A DNA stretch of 64,000 nt, from the NCBI GenBank assembly GCA_963977675.1, contig CAXBPY010000006.1, positions 3,714 through 67,713 on the forward strand. The letters run 5' to 3'. This document shows, one piece after another, positions 17,472-27,398 of this stretch. A program made the translations under genes and the position numbers. The notes beneath the pieces are model-generated. The model was not told the origin of the DNA, ran no database searches, and saw only the letters and a list, made by a program, of their open reading frames with translations. The DNA comes from an uncultured bacterium (GTDB lineage Bacteria > Bacteroidota > Bacteroidia > Chitinophagales > UBA10324). Numbering within the stretch: position 1 is the first letter of the stretch; each line of letters begins with the position of its first letter.

Positions 17472-18866
17472 ATGACTGTAGAACAACTCTATACTAATTG
17501 CCTTTCTGAAGCTGCTTACTTTATTTCTTCAAACGGAGAAGCCGCGGTAGTGGATCCGCTGCGCGACTACCAAACCTATATTGACAAAGCAGAAAAGATG
17601 GGTGTTAAAATCAAGTATGTTTTCGAAACACATTTTCATGCTGATTTTGTAAGCGGGCATATTGACCTTGCGGCAAAAACGGGAGCCCAGATTATTTACG
17701 GTCCAAATGCAAGCACTGAATACAAAGTGTATGTAGCAAAAGATGGTGAGAAATTCAAAATTGGAAATGTAGAACTCGAAGTGCTGCACACTCCCGGTCA
17801 CACACCGGAATCAAGCTGCTACTTGCTGAAGAATGAAGAAGGAAAACAATACTGCGTGTTCTCCGGCGATACACTGTTTGTGGGAGATGTCGGTCGTCCG
17901 GATTTGTTCGGGGCAAAAATTTCAAAAGAAGAACTAGCAGGAATGATGTTCGATTCGCTCAACAATAAAATCAAGAAGTTGAATGATGATGTAATTGTGT
18001 ATCCGGCTCACGGACCTGGTTCATCTTGCGGAAAAAACCTAGGCAAGGAAACTTTCAGCACAATCGGAGAACAGAGGAAAATGAATTATGCTTTGAAAGA
18101 GGAGAACAAGGAAAATTTTGTTGCGTCAATTACTTCCGGACTTTCAGCTCCGCCTCAATACTTTCCACTAAATGCACAAATCAATAAAAGCGGATATTCT
18201 TCTCTCGATTCAGTAATGAGCCAGAGCGAAAAAGCACTCAGTGTTTCTGATTTTGAAAATGAAATGAAACAAGGAGCGCTCGTGCTCGACACCCGTATTC
18301 CCGATGAATTTGAATTAGGATTTGTGAAAGGTGCCATCAACATCGGACTCAATGGCCGCTATGCGGAGTGGGTAGGAACCTTGATTGACATCAATCAACC
18401 GTTGCTTATTGTGGCTGCTGAAGGAAAAGAACACGAAAGCATTCTTCGCCTCGCCCGCGTGGGTTACGAAAAAGTTATAGGCTACCTCAACGGCGGATTT
18501 GATGCATGGAAGAACGCTGGTAAATCAACTGACATGGTTATCAGCATTGATGCAGAAGAATTCGCATTGGACAAGAAACACGAAAAAAATATTCATGTGA
18601 TTGATGTGCGCAAGGAATCAGAGTATGATGCAGGACATGTAGAAGATGCAGAGAATTGTGTGTTGCAAAATTTTGAAGAAGAAATTGCTGACCTCAATAA
18701 AGAAGAACATCTCTACATCCATTGTCAGGCTGGGTATCGCTCCATGATTGCTGCTTCCATTCTGAAACGAAAAGGATTTCATAATCTGAAAAATGTATAT
18801 GGCGGTTATGCAGCAATTGCAAAACATGAATTGCCAATCGTGGTTACACAGCCGGCGGTGAATTAA
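17472..18866 (+). CDS. MBL-fold persulfide dioxygenase fused to two rhodanese domains (CstB/ETHE1-rhodanese type)
   Basis: HFHADFVSGH metallo-beta-lactamase motif and two rhodanese-like modules, the last with an active-site loop CQAGYRS. Confidence 0.8.
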   Translation: MTVEQLYTNCLSEAAYFISSNGEAAVVDPLRDYQTYIDKAEKMGVKIKYVFETHFHADFVSGHIDLAAKTGAQIIYGPNASTEYKVYVAKDGEKFKIGNVELEVLHTPGHTPESSCYLLKNEEGKQYCVFSGDTLFVGDVGRPDLFGAKISKEELAGMMFDSLNNKIKKLNDDVIVYPAHGPGSSCGKNLGKETFSTIGEQRKMNYALKEENKENFVASITSGLSAPPQYFPLNAQINKSGYSSLDSVMSQSEKALSVSDFENEMKQGALVLDTRIPDEFELGFVKGAINIGLNGRYAEWVGTLIDINQPLLIVAAEGKEHESILRLARVGYEKVIGYLNGGFDAWKNAGKSTDMVISIDAEEFALDKKHEKNIHVIDVRKESEYDAGHVEDAENCVLQNFEEEIADLNKEEHLYIHCQAGYRSMIAASILKRKGFHNLKNVYGGYAAIAKHELPIVVTQPAVN

Positions 18867-18906
18867 TTCCTTTTGCGCCTATCCTCTAATTTTTTTCATT
18901 CGTTTA

Positions 18907-21150
18907 ATGCAATCCCCCGATTCCACTAACGAATTATTTCACCTCGCTGCAGGATATGTAAACCATACTGGCTCCGATATTTTTCTTACGGGAAAAGCAG
19001 GTACCGGGAAAACAACTTTCCTCCGCTTTATCCGCAATCACTCATTTAAAAAATCTGTAGTGGTTGCGCCTACGGGCGTTGCTGCCATCAATGCGGGCGG
19101 CATGACGATTCATTCTTTCTTTCAATTGCCATTCGGTTCGTTTGTTCCGGAGAAAAGATTTTCATCAGATGGAAATGCAAACCTGGTTGACCGCCACACA
19201 CTGCTTGGCAACATTCGTTTCAATGCTGAACGCAGGGAACTGATTAAGGAACTCGAACTCTTAATCATTGATGAAGTGAGTATGCTCCGCGCCGATTTGC
19301 TCGATGCAATGGATGAAGTGCTGCGCTCCGTGCGGCGCAAATACTCGGTGCCGTTCGGTGGTGTGCAGGTTTTATACATTGGTGATTTGTTCCAGCTTCC
19401 GCCCGTGGTGAAGCAGAATGAGTGGCGCTACCTGAGTGAATTTTATGAAAGTCCGTTTTTCTTTCATGCGCGTGTGCTCAAAGAATCGCAGCCGGTGTAT
19501 CTCGAACTGAAAAAGATTTACCGCCAGAGCGAAGGAAAATTTATCAGCATTCTTAATAACATCCGCAACAACATCGCGACTCAGGATGACTTAGACGAAT
19601 TACACAAAAAATATAATCCGGATTTTGAGCCGCATGCTTCCGAAAATTTTATCACGCTCACAACACACAATTCGAAAGCAGATGAAATCAATTCCACGCG
19701 ATTAAGAAATCTGGAAGGCACTCAGTATGTTTTCAAAGGGAAAATTGAAAATGAGTTTAATGAAAATGCGTTGCCGGTAGAGAAGGATTTAACACTGAAG
19801 GTTGGTGCGCAAATCATGTTCATCAAAAATGATTCAGGTGAAACGCGCAGGTACTACAACGGAAAATTAGCGACCGTGAAAAAAATTATTCCTGCAAATG
19901 CAAATGGAGAGGGCGAAAAAATATTGGTTGCCTTTCCCAATGAGAAAGATGAACTCGAACTGAAAAAAGACAAGTGGGAAAATGTGCGCTACTCTTTCAA
20001 CCGCGAAAAAGATTCGGTAGATGAAAATGTGCTCGGCACTTACACGCAGTATCCCGTGCGGCTTGCGTGGGCTGTTACGATTCACAAAAGCCAGGGGCTC
20101 ACATTTGAGAAAGCAATTATTGATGCAGGAGATTCTTTTGCTGCGGGGCAGGTGTATGTAGCGCTCAGCCGCCTCACCGGCATAGAAGGTTTGGTTTTGT
20201 ATTCGCGCATCTCCCCTCAGGCAATCAGCACCGATGAGCGTGTTGTTGAGTTTGCCGGCTCAGAAATGAGTGAAACAATCCTGAAGCAAAAACTTTTCGC
20301 GGAACAAAAACTTTTTGCTTGCGAATCAATGATGCGCTTTTTCGACTGGAAAAAATTGTCAGAAAAATTTCATGATTTTCAGGATGAGCTGCTGCACCGT
20401 TCAATTCCTGATAAAGAGGCCGCTGCGATTTTTAGCCAGCAGATGATTGAAAAAGTTTCAGAGCAGGAAAAAGTAGCGGCGAAGTTTTTGGAGCAAATGG
20501 ATTTAATCCTGAATGGAAATTCATCTCCCGATTTTTCTTTTCTTCATCAGCGCACCGCAGCAGCTTCCGCATTTTTTATGAATGCAATGGAAGAAATAAT
20601 TTCTTCAATAAAAAATCATGCGGACAAAATGAAGGTGAAGAAGCGCGTGAAAACCTATCTCACTTCACTTAGTGATTTACTGTATGCGTGCGAACGGAAA
20701 AAAATTCAACTCACACAGGCAACAAAATATTCGGAGGCACTGATGAAGGGAATAGATGAAGAAAGTTTCCGCGTGCTCAATGAAGAGCAGAAAAATGTTT
20801 TGATTCAGGTAGAAGAATTCCGTGAATCAAAATCGGCCAAACCGAAGAAGGGTGATAGCAACAAAATGAGTTTGCAATTATTCCGGGAAGGAAAATCGGT
20901 TCAGGAGATTGCTAAAATCCGAGAACTTGCAGCAAGTACAGTGGAGAGTCATCTCGCCGCATTTATTCTCACCGGAGAAATTGATGTGCATGAAATTCTT
21001 TCTCCACAAAAAGTAATTACTATTCTTAAAGCAATAGAAGAAACAGAAGGAGCCGGAAGTTCGGCTGTCAGAAATGCACTCGGTGAAAATTATTCTTATT
21101 CGGACATCAGGGCGGTGAAGAATTACAGGAGAAGAATGCACAGGTCATAG
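18907..21150 (+). CDS. Pif1/RecD-like SF1B DNA helicase with C-terminal helix-turn-helix domain
   Basis: Walker A GKAGTGKTT, IIDEVSM, GDLFQLPPV, AVTIHKSQGLTF, VYVALSR. The C-terminal ~90 aa are HTH-like (SVQEIAKIRELAASTVESHLAAFI). Confidence 0.8.
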   Translation: MQSPDSTNELFHLAAGYVNHTGSDIFLTGKAGTGKTTFLRFIRNHSFKKSVVVAPTGVAAINAGGMTIHSFFQLPFGSFVPEKRFSSDGNANLVDRHTLLGNIRFNAERRELIKELELLIIDEVSMLRADLLDAMDEVLRSVRRKYSVPFGGVQVLYIGDLFQLPPVVKQNEWRYLSEFYESPFFFHARVLKESQPVYLELKKIYRQSEGKFISILNNIRNNIATQDDLDELHKKYNPDFEPHASENFITLTTHNSKADEINSTRLRNLEGTQYVFKGKIENEFNENALPVEKDLTLKVGAQIMFIKNDSGETRRYYNGKLATVKKIIPANANGEGEKILVAFPNEKDELELKKDKWENVRYSFNREKDSVDENVLGTYTQYPVRLAWAVTIHKSQGLTFEKAIIDAGDSFAAGQVYVALSRLTGIEGLVLYSRISPQAISTDERVVEFAGSEMSETILKQKLFAEQKLFACESMMRFFDWKKLSEKFHDFQDELLHRSIPDKEAAAIFSQQMIEKVSEQEKVAAKFLEQMDLILNGNSSPDFSFLHQRTAAASAFFMNAMEEIISSIKNHADKMKVKKRVKTYLTSLSDLLYACERKKIQLTQATKYSEALMKGIDEESFRVLNEEQKNVLIQVEEFRESKSAKPKKGDSNKMSLQLFREGKSVQEIAKIRELAASTVESHLAAFILTGEIDVHEILSPQKVITILKAIEETEGAGSSAVRNALGENYSYSDIRAVKNYRRRMHRS

Positions 21151-21202
21151 AACATAAAATCAATAGCGAATTACATTCGCCGAAAATTTTCATTGTAAAA
21201 AA

Positions 21203-22480
21203 ATGCTGCAACTTTCAACTATTCAGAATAATAAAGAAGAGGTTCTTGCACGCCTTGCTGTAAAAAATTTTGACGGAACAAAAATCATTGATGAAGTGCT
21301 TGCCTTTGATGCAGAAAGAAAAAAAGCACAGGCATCGCTGGACAATACGCTGGCAAAGGCGAATTCAATTTCAAAGGAAATTGGTCAGCTGATGGCACAG
21401 AAAAAATCTGATGAAGCTGAAGCAAAGAAAAAGGAGACAGCATCGCTTAAAGAGGAAGCAAAAAAATATGAAGACCAAAAAACACACTTTGAAAAAGTGT
21501 TGCATGATTTATTGGTTCGTGTTCCCAACCTTCCTCATACCAGTGTTCCCCAAGGGAAAACACCGGAAGACAATAAGGTGGTGCGCCAGGGAGGAGAGGA
21601 GCCCAAACTTGATGGCTCTGCAAAACCACATTGGGATTTAGCAAGTGAATATCATCTCATCAATTTCGAAATTGGAAATAAAGTGACGGGCGCCGGTTTT
21701 CCTTTTTATGTTGGCAAGGGCGCAAAACTTCAGCGGGCACTCATTAGTTTTTTTCTCGACCGTGCTATCGCTGCTGGTTATGTCGAATATCAGCCACCGC
21801 TTCTTGTAAATGCAGAAACAGGATACGGTACCGGTCAACTTCCTGATAAAGATGGACAGATGTATTTTGTGAATGAAGACGGCTACTATCTCATTCCTAC
21901 TGCTGAAGTTCCGGTCACTAACATTTATCGTGATGTGATGCTGAAAGAAGAAGACTTTCCGGTGAAGATGTGCGCTTACTCACAATGTTTCAGAAGGGAA
22001 GCGGGTAGTTACGGAAAAGATGTTCGCGGATTAAACCGCCTTCATCAATTCGATAAAGTAGAAATTGTTCGCCTGGAAAAACCTGAAAATTCCTATTTGG
22101 TTCTTGAAGAAATGGTAGCCCATGTTGAAGGGCTTTTGAAATCGCTGGGGCTTCAGTATAGAATACTTCAGCTCTGTGGCGGTGACATGAGTTTTGCTTC
22201 AGCGCTCACTTATGATTTTGAAGTATATAGTGCGGCGCAGAAAAAATGGCTGGAAGTAAGTTCGGTTTCAAACTTTGAAACTTTTCAAAGTAACCGTATG
22301 AAGCTTCGATATAAAGACAAGAACGGAAAAATTCATCTCGCTCATACTCTCAACGGAAGTGCGCTTGCATTACCTCGAATTGTTGCTGCACTTCTGGAAA
22401 ATAATCAGAAGCCAGATGGAATTCATATTCCGGAAGCGCTAAGAAACTATACTGGATTTGATTTAATAAGCAGGCAATAA
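21203..22480 (+). CDS. serS: serine--tRNA ligase
   Basis: N-terminal coiled-coil arm and class II core motifs (FRREAGS, GSALALPRIVAALLENNQ). Confidence 0.97.
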   Translation: MLQLSTIQNNKEEVLARLAVKNFDGTKIIDEVLAFDAERKKAQASLDNTLAKANSISKEIGQLMAQKKSDEAEAKKKETASLKEEAKKYEDQKTHFEKVLHDLLVRVPNLPHTSVPQGKTPEDNKVVRQGGEEPKLDGSAKPHWDLASEYHLINFEIGNKVTGAGFPFYVGKGAKLQRALISFFLDRAIAAGYVEYQPPLLVNAETGYGTGQLPDKDGQMYFVNEDGYYLIPTAEVPVTNIYRDVMLKEEDFPVKMCAYSQCFRREAGSYGKDVRGLNRLHQFDKVEIVRLEKPENSYLVLEEMVAHVEGLLKSLGLQYRILQLCGGDMSFASALTYDFEVYSAAQKKWLEVSSVSNFETFQSNRMKLRYKDKNGKIHLAHTLNGSALALPRIVAALLENNQKPDGIHIPEALRNYTGFDLISRQ

Positions 22481-22484
22481 TTCC

Positions 22485-23180
22485 CTAATTAGAAACTGAG
22501 CCAACATCATCTGTTGTTTCTTTATTGCCTTCATCAGAAATAGTTTCGGATTTTGATTCATCTGTTTCTCCAGTATTTTTTTTGAAAAACTTTTTCTGAA
22601 AAACCAGAAGAGCAATTACACCGGTACTGATAGAGAAATCTGCGACATTGAAAATCGGGCTGAAGAATACAAAGTATTCTCCTCCCCAAATCGGAATCCA
22701 TTGAGGCAATACTCCTTTAATAATCGGGAAGTAAAGCATATCTACAACTTTGCCGTGAAGCAATGCACCATAACCTCCATCTGGTGGAAATAGCTGGGCA
22801 ATGCTACCACCTGAATAACTTTCAGAAAAAATTACACCATAGATAATAGAGTCAATTATGTTGCCCATTGCCCCGGCTATTATTAGCGAAACACAGGTAA
22901 TTAAACCCCAATGAGTTTTTTTATTCAGGAGTTGAATCAACCAGTAGCTAAAAAAAACAACAGCGATAATTCTGAAAAGAGTAAGAAGAAGTTTGCCTGC
23001 ATCGCCTCCCCATTTCATCCCGAAAGCCATTCCTTCGTTTTCAATAAAGTATAATCTGAACCAGTTTGTGATGGAAATTTCAGATTGCATTTGCATATGC
23101 AGCTTCACCCAAAACTTGAGTGACTGATCAACCACAAGCACCAATAAAATAATAAGAACCGGACGGAGGTATTTCAACAC
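22485..23180 (-). CDS. lspA: lipoprotein signal peptidase II (with acidic C-terminal tail)
   Basis: VVDQSLKFWV, NEGMAFG, GAMGNIIDS, FNVADFSIS motifs. GTG start overlaps the dksA-like stop. Confidence 0.9.
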   Translation of the reverse strand: MLKYLRPVLIILLVLVVDQSLKFWVKLHMQMQSEISITNWFRLYFIENEGMAFGMKWGGDAGKLLLTLFRIIAVVFFSYWLIQLLNKKTHWGLITCVSLIIAGAMGNIIDSIIYGVIFSESYSGGSIAQLFPPDGGYGALLHGKVVDMLYFPIIKGVLPQWIPIWGGEYFVFFSPIFNVADFSISTGVIALLVFQKKFFKKNTGETDESKSETISDEGNKETTDDVGSVSN

Positions 23181-23956
23181 TACTTAGCCTGCTGCATTTT
23201 TGCTTCGATGCTGAGTGTTGCATGAGGAACAGCACGCAATCTTTCTTTATCAATTAATTTTCCGGTAACGCGGCAGATTCCGTAAGTTTTATTTTCAATA
23301 CGGAGCAAAGCTTTTTCTAGATGGTCTATATAAGTGCTTTGGCGCTCTGCCATTTGGTTCAGGTATTCGCGTTCCATTGCAACCGTTCCATCGTCAATTG
23401 AACCAAATTTGTTTTCTGTATCGTCGGTTCCATTGTCATCTTTTCGGTTTATCTGATCTTGAAGGTATTTTAATTCAGTGCGTGAAGCGTCAAGTTTTTC
23501 TTCAATCAATTGCTTGAATTCTTTTAATTCTTTATCGCTATAACGATTGCGGGAATCTTCATGTTTTTTCTTTTTCACTATAGCAACTGGTGCCGGAGCT
23601 GGTTTGGTTAAATCAAACTTTGGAGCAGGCATTGGTTTGGGTGGCGCCTTTTTGATATCAAGTTTCAAAGGAAGCGGGCGGCGGCGGCGTTTCTTTTCAT
23701 CGGTACCAGGTTTCAAAGTGATAACAGGCTTGTTTGGACTCTTCGCTCCGGGCTTGAGCACAATCATCTTGCGTTCACTGATAGGCTTAAGAACATTCTT
23801 AACCACTTTTGCTGGTTTTTCAGGCTTCGCTGCTTTGGCTTTTTTTTCCTTTTTCCCTTTAGCGGCCACATTTGCTTTTTTAGGAGCAGGTTTTTTTGCT
23901 GTTGTCTTTGTAGCAGGCTTTTTAGAAGGTTTTGCTTTCTTGTTTTTGTTTGCCAT
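23180..23956 (-). CDS. DksA/TraR family regulator with long Lys/Pro/Ala-rich N-terminal extension
   Basis: The C-terminal ~125 aa are DksA-like (coiled coil, YGICRVTGKLIDKERLRAVPHATLSIEAK). The N-terminus MANKNKKAKPSKKPATKTTAKKPAPKKANVAAKGKKEKKAKAAKPEKPAK... is histone-H1-like low complexity. Confidence 0.8.
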   Translation of the reverse strand: MANKNKKAKPSKKPATKTTAKKPAPKKANVAAKGKKEKKAKAAKPEKPAKVVKNVLKPISERKMIVLKPGAKSPNKPVITLKPGTDEKKRRRRPLPLKLDIKKAPPKPMPAPKFDLTKPAPAPVAIVKKKKHEDSRNRYSDKELKEFKQLIEEKLDASRTELKYLQDQINRKDDNGTDDTENKFGSIDDGTVAMEREYLNQMAERQSTYIDHLEKALLRIENKTYGICRVTGKLIDKERLRAVPHATLSIEAKMQQAK

Positions 23957-23962
23957 CCTGCG

Positions 23963-26900
23963 TCAGTTTTTTTGTTTAAGAATAACTTTTACAATTGAAT
24001 CGTTCACTTCAACCGGTTGCCCATCGTTTATTTCATCAACAAGGTGCAACTCGTCGGCTAAAATTTCGGCGCAAATATATTTTTTAAAGTGAATTACGGT
24101 AGAGTTGATAAAATCTTGTTTTTCAATGGAAAGCATGACTCTATCTGTAACCTGAAAACCGCTTTCTTTTCTCAATTTTTGCAGTTTATTGACCAATTCA
24201 CGGGCGTTGCCTTCTTCTAAAAGTTCGGGGGTTATGGTTACATCGAGTGCAACGGTGAGGTCGGCTTTATTGGCTACTTGCCAACCTGGTATGTCCTCTG
24301 AAATGATTTCAACTTCTTCCAAAAGCACTTCAACCGATTCGTTTTCAATGCTGATTTGTGTTGACTTGTTCCTTTCGAGTTCGGCGATTTGTTTTTGGCT
24401 GAAGGAAGCAATGACATCAGCGGCGGCTTTCATTTTCTTTCCAAGTTTCTGACCGAGCAGTTTGAAATTGGCTTTCGCTTTTTTCTTAATCACGCCTTCG
24501 GTTTCGGTAATGAATTCAATTTCCTTAATGTTTACTTCCGAAAGAATTAAATCCTGAATTGCTGCAACCTGCTTTTGAAAGTTTTCATTCAAAACAGGAA
24601 TCATGATTTTGTTGAGCGGCTGACGAACTTTGATGTTGACTTTTTTCCGTAGTGAAAGAACGAGCGAAGAAATATCCTGCGCCAACTGCATTCTTTCTTC
24701 CAAAGATTTATCAATTGCACTTTCATCAATCTTCATCCATTCTGAAAGATGAACTGATTCTGTTTTTTCTTTTCCGGAAACAGAATTTAAGTCGGTAAAT
24801 AATCTTTCCGCAAAAAACGGAGAGATGGGCGCCATCAATTTGGAAATAGTAACGAGGCAGGTGTAAAGTGTTTGATATGCCGCAATCTTATCTTCAGTGT
24901 AATCACCTTTCCAGAATCTTCTTCTGCAGAGGCGCACATACCAGTTGCTCAAGTGTTCGTCAGTAAAATCCTGTATGGCGCGCGCTGCTTGCGTGGGTTC
25001 GTAATCATCAAAACTCTGCTGCACTGTTTTTACCAATGAGTTGAGCAATGAAATTATCCAGCGGTCAATTTCAGGCCTTTTGCTTAAAGGAATTTCTTCT
25101 TCCCTGAAAGTGAAATTATCAATGTTGGCGTAGAGCGCGAAAAAGTTGTAAGTATTGTAAAGTGTTCCGAAGAATTTGCGTTTCACTTCGTTGATGCCTT
25201 CGATGTCGAACTTTAGGTTGTCCCACGGTTGCGAGTTCGAGAGCATGTACCAGCGAGTTGCATCAGCGCCATGTTTATCTAAAGTTTCAAACGGATTGAC
25301 TGTGTTGCCAAGGCGCTTGCTCATTTTGTTTCCGTTCTTGTCGAGCACGAGTCCGTTGCTCACTACATTTTTATATGCAACAGAATCGAACAGCAATGTT
25401 CCGAGAGCATGAAGCGTAAAAAACCATCCGCGGGTTTGGTCAACACCTTCGGCTATATAATCTGCAGGAAAACTTTTTTCAAATTGTTCTTTATTCTCGA
25501 ATGGAAAATGTTGTTGCGCGAAAGGCATTGCACCACTATCGAACCATACATCAACAAGGTCTGCAACTCGCGTGAGTTTTTTTCCGGTAGAAGAAACAAA
25601 CCAAATGCGGTCAATGTGTGGGCGATGTAAATCTTTCAATTCAGGTTCGAGTGCGGCTGCGCTGTAAGTGATTCCGAATTTTTTTGCATTCGCTTCTGAC
25701 TCCAGAATTTTTTCTTTCAACTCTGCTTGAGAGCCAATGCACATTTGTTCGGTTTTATCTTCACTCATCCAGATTGGTAATGGCGTTCCCCAAAAACGAG
25801 AGCGCGATAAATTCCAGTCCTGCAAATTCTCCAGCCAATTACCAAAGCGACCGCTGCCTGTTGATTCTGGTTTCCAGTTGATAGTGTTGTTAAGTTCTAC
25901 CATGCGAGCTTTTGCTGCAGTGGTTTTGATGAACCACGAATCGAGCGGATAATAAATCACGGGTTTGTCGGTGCGCCAGCAGTGCGGATAGTTGTGCTCG
26001 TATTTCTCAACCTTGAATGCCTTGTTCTCCTTCTTCAGCTTGATGCTGATGAGTACATCGGGCGATTCGTAGTTGGGGTCATCCTTGTAATTCTTCACAT
26101 ACATGCCGCTGAACTCGCCAACACCATCAATAAATTTTCCTTGCCTGTCAACGAGCGTGAGCGAACCGAGTCCCCACTTTTTCGCCATGCGAAAATCATC
26201 GGCGCCGAAACTTGGTGCGGTGTGAACGATTCCAGTTCCGTCTTCGGTAGTTACAAAATCTCCCAACACAACTTTGAAAGCATCGCCATCGGTTGGTTGC
26301 TGGTAAGGAAGCAATTGTTCGTAGCGGATTCCTTCTAAATCTTTTCCCCTAATAGTTTTTATTTCCTTCCATGGTAATTCTTTCTTCCCAGCTTCGAATT
26401 TCATTTCAGCATTTTGGAAATTGGAATCAAAATATTTTCCAACTAAAACTTTTGCAAGAATTACTTTAACAGGAAGTGATGTGTATGGATTGAAAGTTTC
26501 AATCAATGAATATTCAATTTCACCACCAACAGTTAATGCAGTGTTTGAAGGAAGAGTCCACGGAGTGGTAGTCCATGCGAGGAAAAAATTTCCGCTAACA
26601 TCTTCTCCTGATTTTGTTTTTTGTCCTTCAGCAATCTTGAACTGTGCAACTGCAGAAGTATCTTTCACCAATCTGTAACAGCCGGGCTGATTTAACTCGT
26701 GTGTGCTGAGTCCGGTGCCGGCGGCGGGTGAGTAGGGCTGAATGGTGTAACCTTCATACAACAATCCTTTATCGTAAAGTTGTTTGAGCGCCCACCACAA
26801 TGATTCGATGTAATTGTTTTCGTAAGTGATGTATGGATTTTTCAAATCAACCCAGTAGCCCATCTGGCGGGTGAGTTTTTCCCAAGCATCTTTATATTTC

Positions 26901-27277
26901 ATCACCTCGCGGCGACACTCCTGATTGTATTCTTCAATCGAAATCTTCTTTCCAATATCTTCCTTCGTGATGCCGAGATTTTTTTCGACACTCAACTCAA
27001 CGGGCAGTCCGTGTGTGTCCCAACCGCTTTTTCTTTTTACCTGAAAACCACGCTGTGTTTTATATCGGCAGAACAAATCTTTAATGGCGCGCGACATCAC
27101 ATGATGAATGCCGGGCATTCCATTCGCACTCGGAGGACCTTCGTAAAACACGAAAGGAGTTTTGCCTTCGCGTGTGAGGATGCTTTTGTCAAATATTTTT
27201 TCCTTCTCCCAAAAATCATTCACTTCGTTTTCGAGAGCGGGAAGGTTCAGTTGCTTATATTCTGTGTAGCGGCTCAT
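23963..27277 (-). CDS. ileS: isoleucine--tRNA ligase
   Basis: HVMSRAIKD (HIGH-region variant), KMSKRLGN (KMSKS), and a long editing domain. The ORF-track start at 27289 is a TTG; the ATG at 27277 gives MSRYTEYK. Confidence 0.97.
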   Translation of the reverse strand: MSRYTEYKQLNLPALENEVNDFWEKEKIFDKSILTREGKTPFVFYEGPPSANGMPGIHHVMSRAIKDLFCRYKTQRGFQVKRKSGWDTHGLPVELSVEKNLGITKEDIGKKISIEEYNQECRREVMKYKDAWEKLTRQMGYWVDLKNPYITYENNYIESLWWALKQLYDKGLLYEGYTIQPYSPAAGTGLSTHELNQPGCYRLVKDTSAVAQFKIAEGQKTKSGEDVSGNFFLAWTTTPWTLPSNTALTVGGEIEYSLIETFNPYTSLPVKVILAKVLVGKYFDSNFQNAEMKFEAGKKELPWKEIKTIRGKDLEGIRYEQLLPYQQPTDGDAFKVVLGDFVTTEDGTGIVHTAPSFGADDFRMAKKWGLGSLTLVDRQGKFIDGVGEFSGMYVKNYKDDPNYESPDVLISIKLKKENKAFKVEKYEHNYPHCWRTDKPVIYYPLDSWFIKTTAAKARMVELNNTINWKPESTGSGRFGNWLENLQDWNLSRSRFWGTPLPIWMSEDKTEQMCIGSQAELKEKILESEANAKKFGITYSAAALEPELKDLHRPHIDRIWFVSSTGKKLTRVADLVDVWFDSGAMPFAQQHFPFENKEQFEKSFPADYIAEGVDQTRGWFFTLHALGTLLFDSVAYKNVVSNGLVLDKNGNKMSKRLGNTVNPFETLDKHGADATRWYMLSNSQPWDNLKFDIEGINEVKRKFFGTLYNTYNFFALYANIDNFTFREEEIPLSKRPEIDRWIISLLNSLVKTVQQSFDDYEPTQAARAIQDFTDEHLSNWYVRLCRRRFWKGDYTEDKIAAYQTLYTCLVTISKLMAPISPFFAERLFTDLNSVSGKEKTESVHLSEWMKIDESAIDKSLEERMQLAQDISSLVLSLRKKVNIKVRQPLNKIMIPVLNENFQKQVAAIQDLILSEVNIKEIEFITETEGVIKKKAKANFKLLGQKLGKKMKAAADVIASFSQKQIAELERNKSTQISIENESVEVLLEEVEIISEDIPGWQVANKADLTVALDVTITPELLEEGNARELVNKLQKLRKESGFQVTDRVMLSIEKQDFINSTVIHFKKYICAEILADELHLVDEINDGQPVEVNDSIVKVILKQKN

Positions 27278-27398
27278 AATGGGGCGCAATAATAAGTATT
27301 TGTGGTTGGCAGCTGACTTCCGCGATGAATAAAAAGCTGATACTTAGTTCATAATTCAAAATGAACCTATACTTTTAACGCTCAAACTTTTTCCAACC

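Noticed and set aside
23547-24092. 181-aa plus-strand ORF (F/L/G/A-rich) opposite the dksA-like gene and the ileS 3' end
   Set aside because: It is the antisense reading of the AAG/AAA/GCN/CCN-rich lysine tail, which naturally lacks stops. It has low-complexity composition, no start context, and overlaps two well-supported genes.
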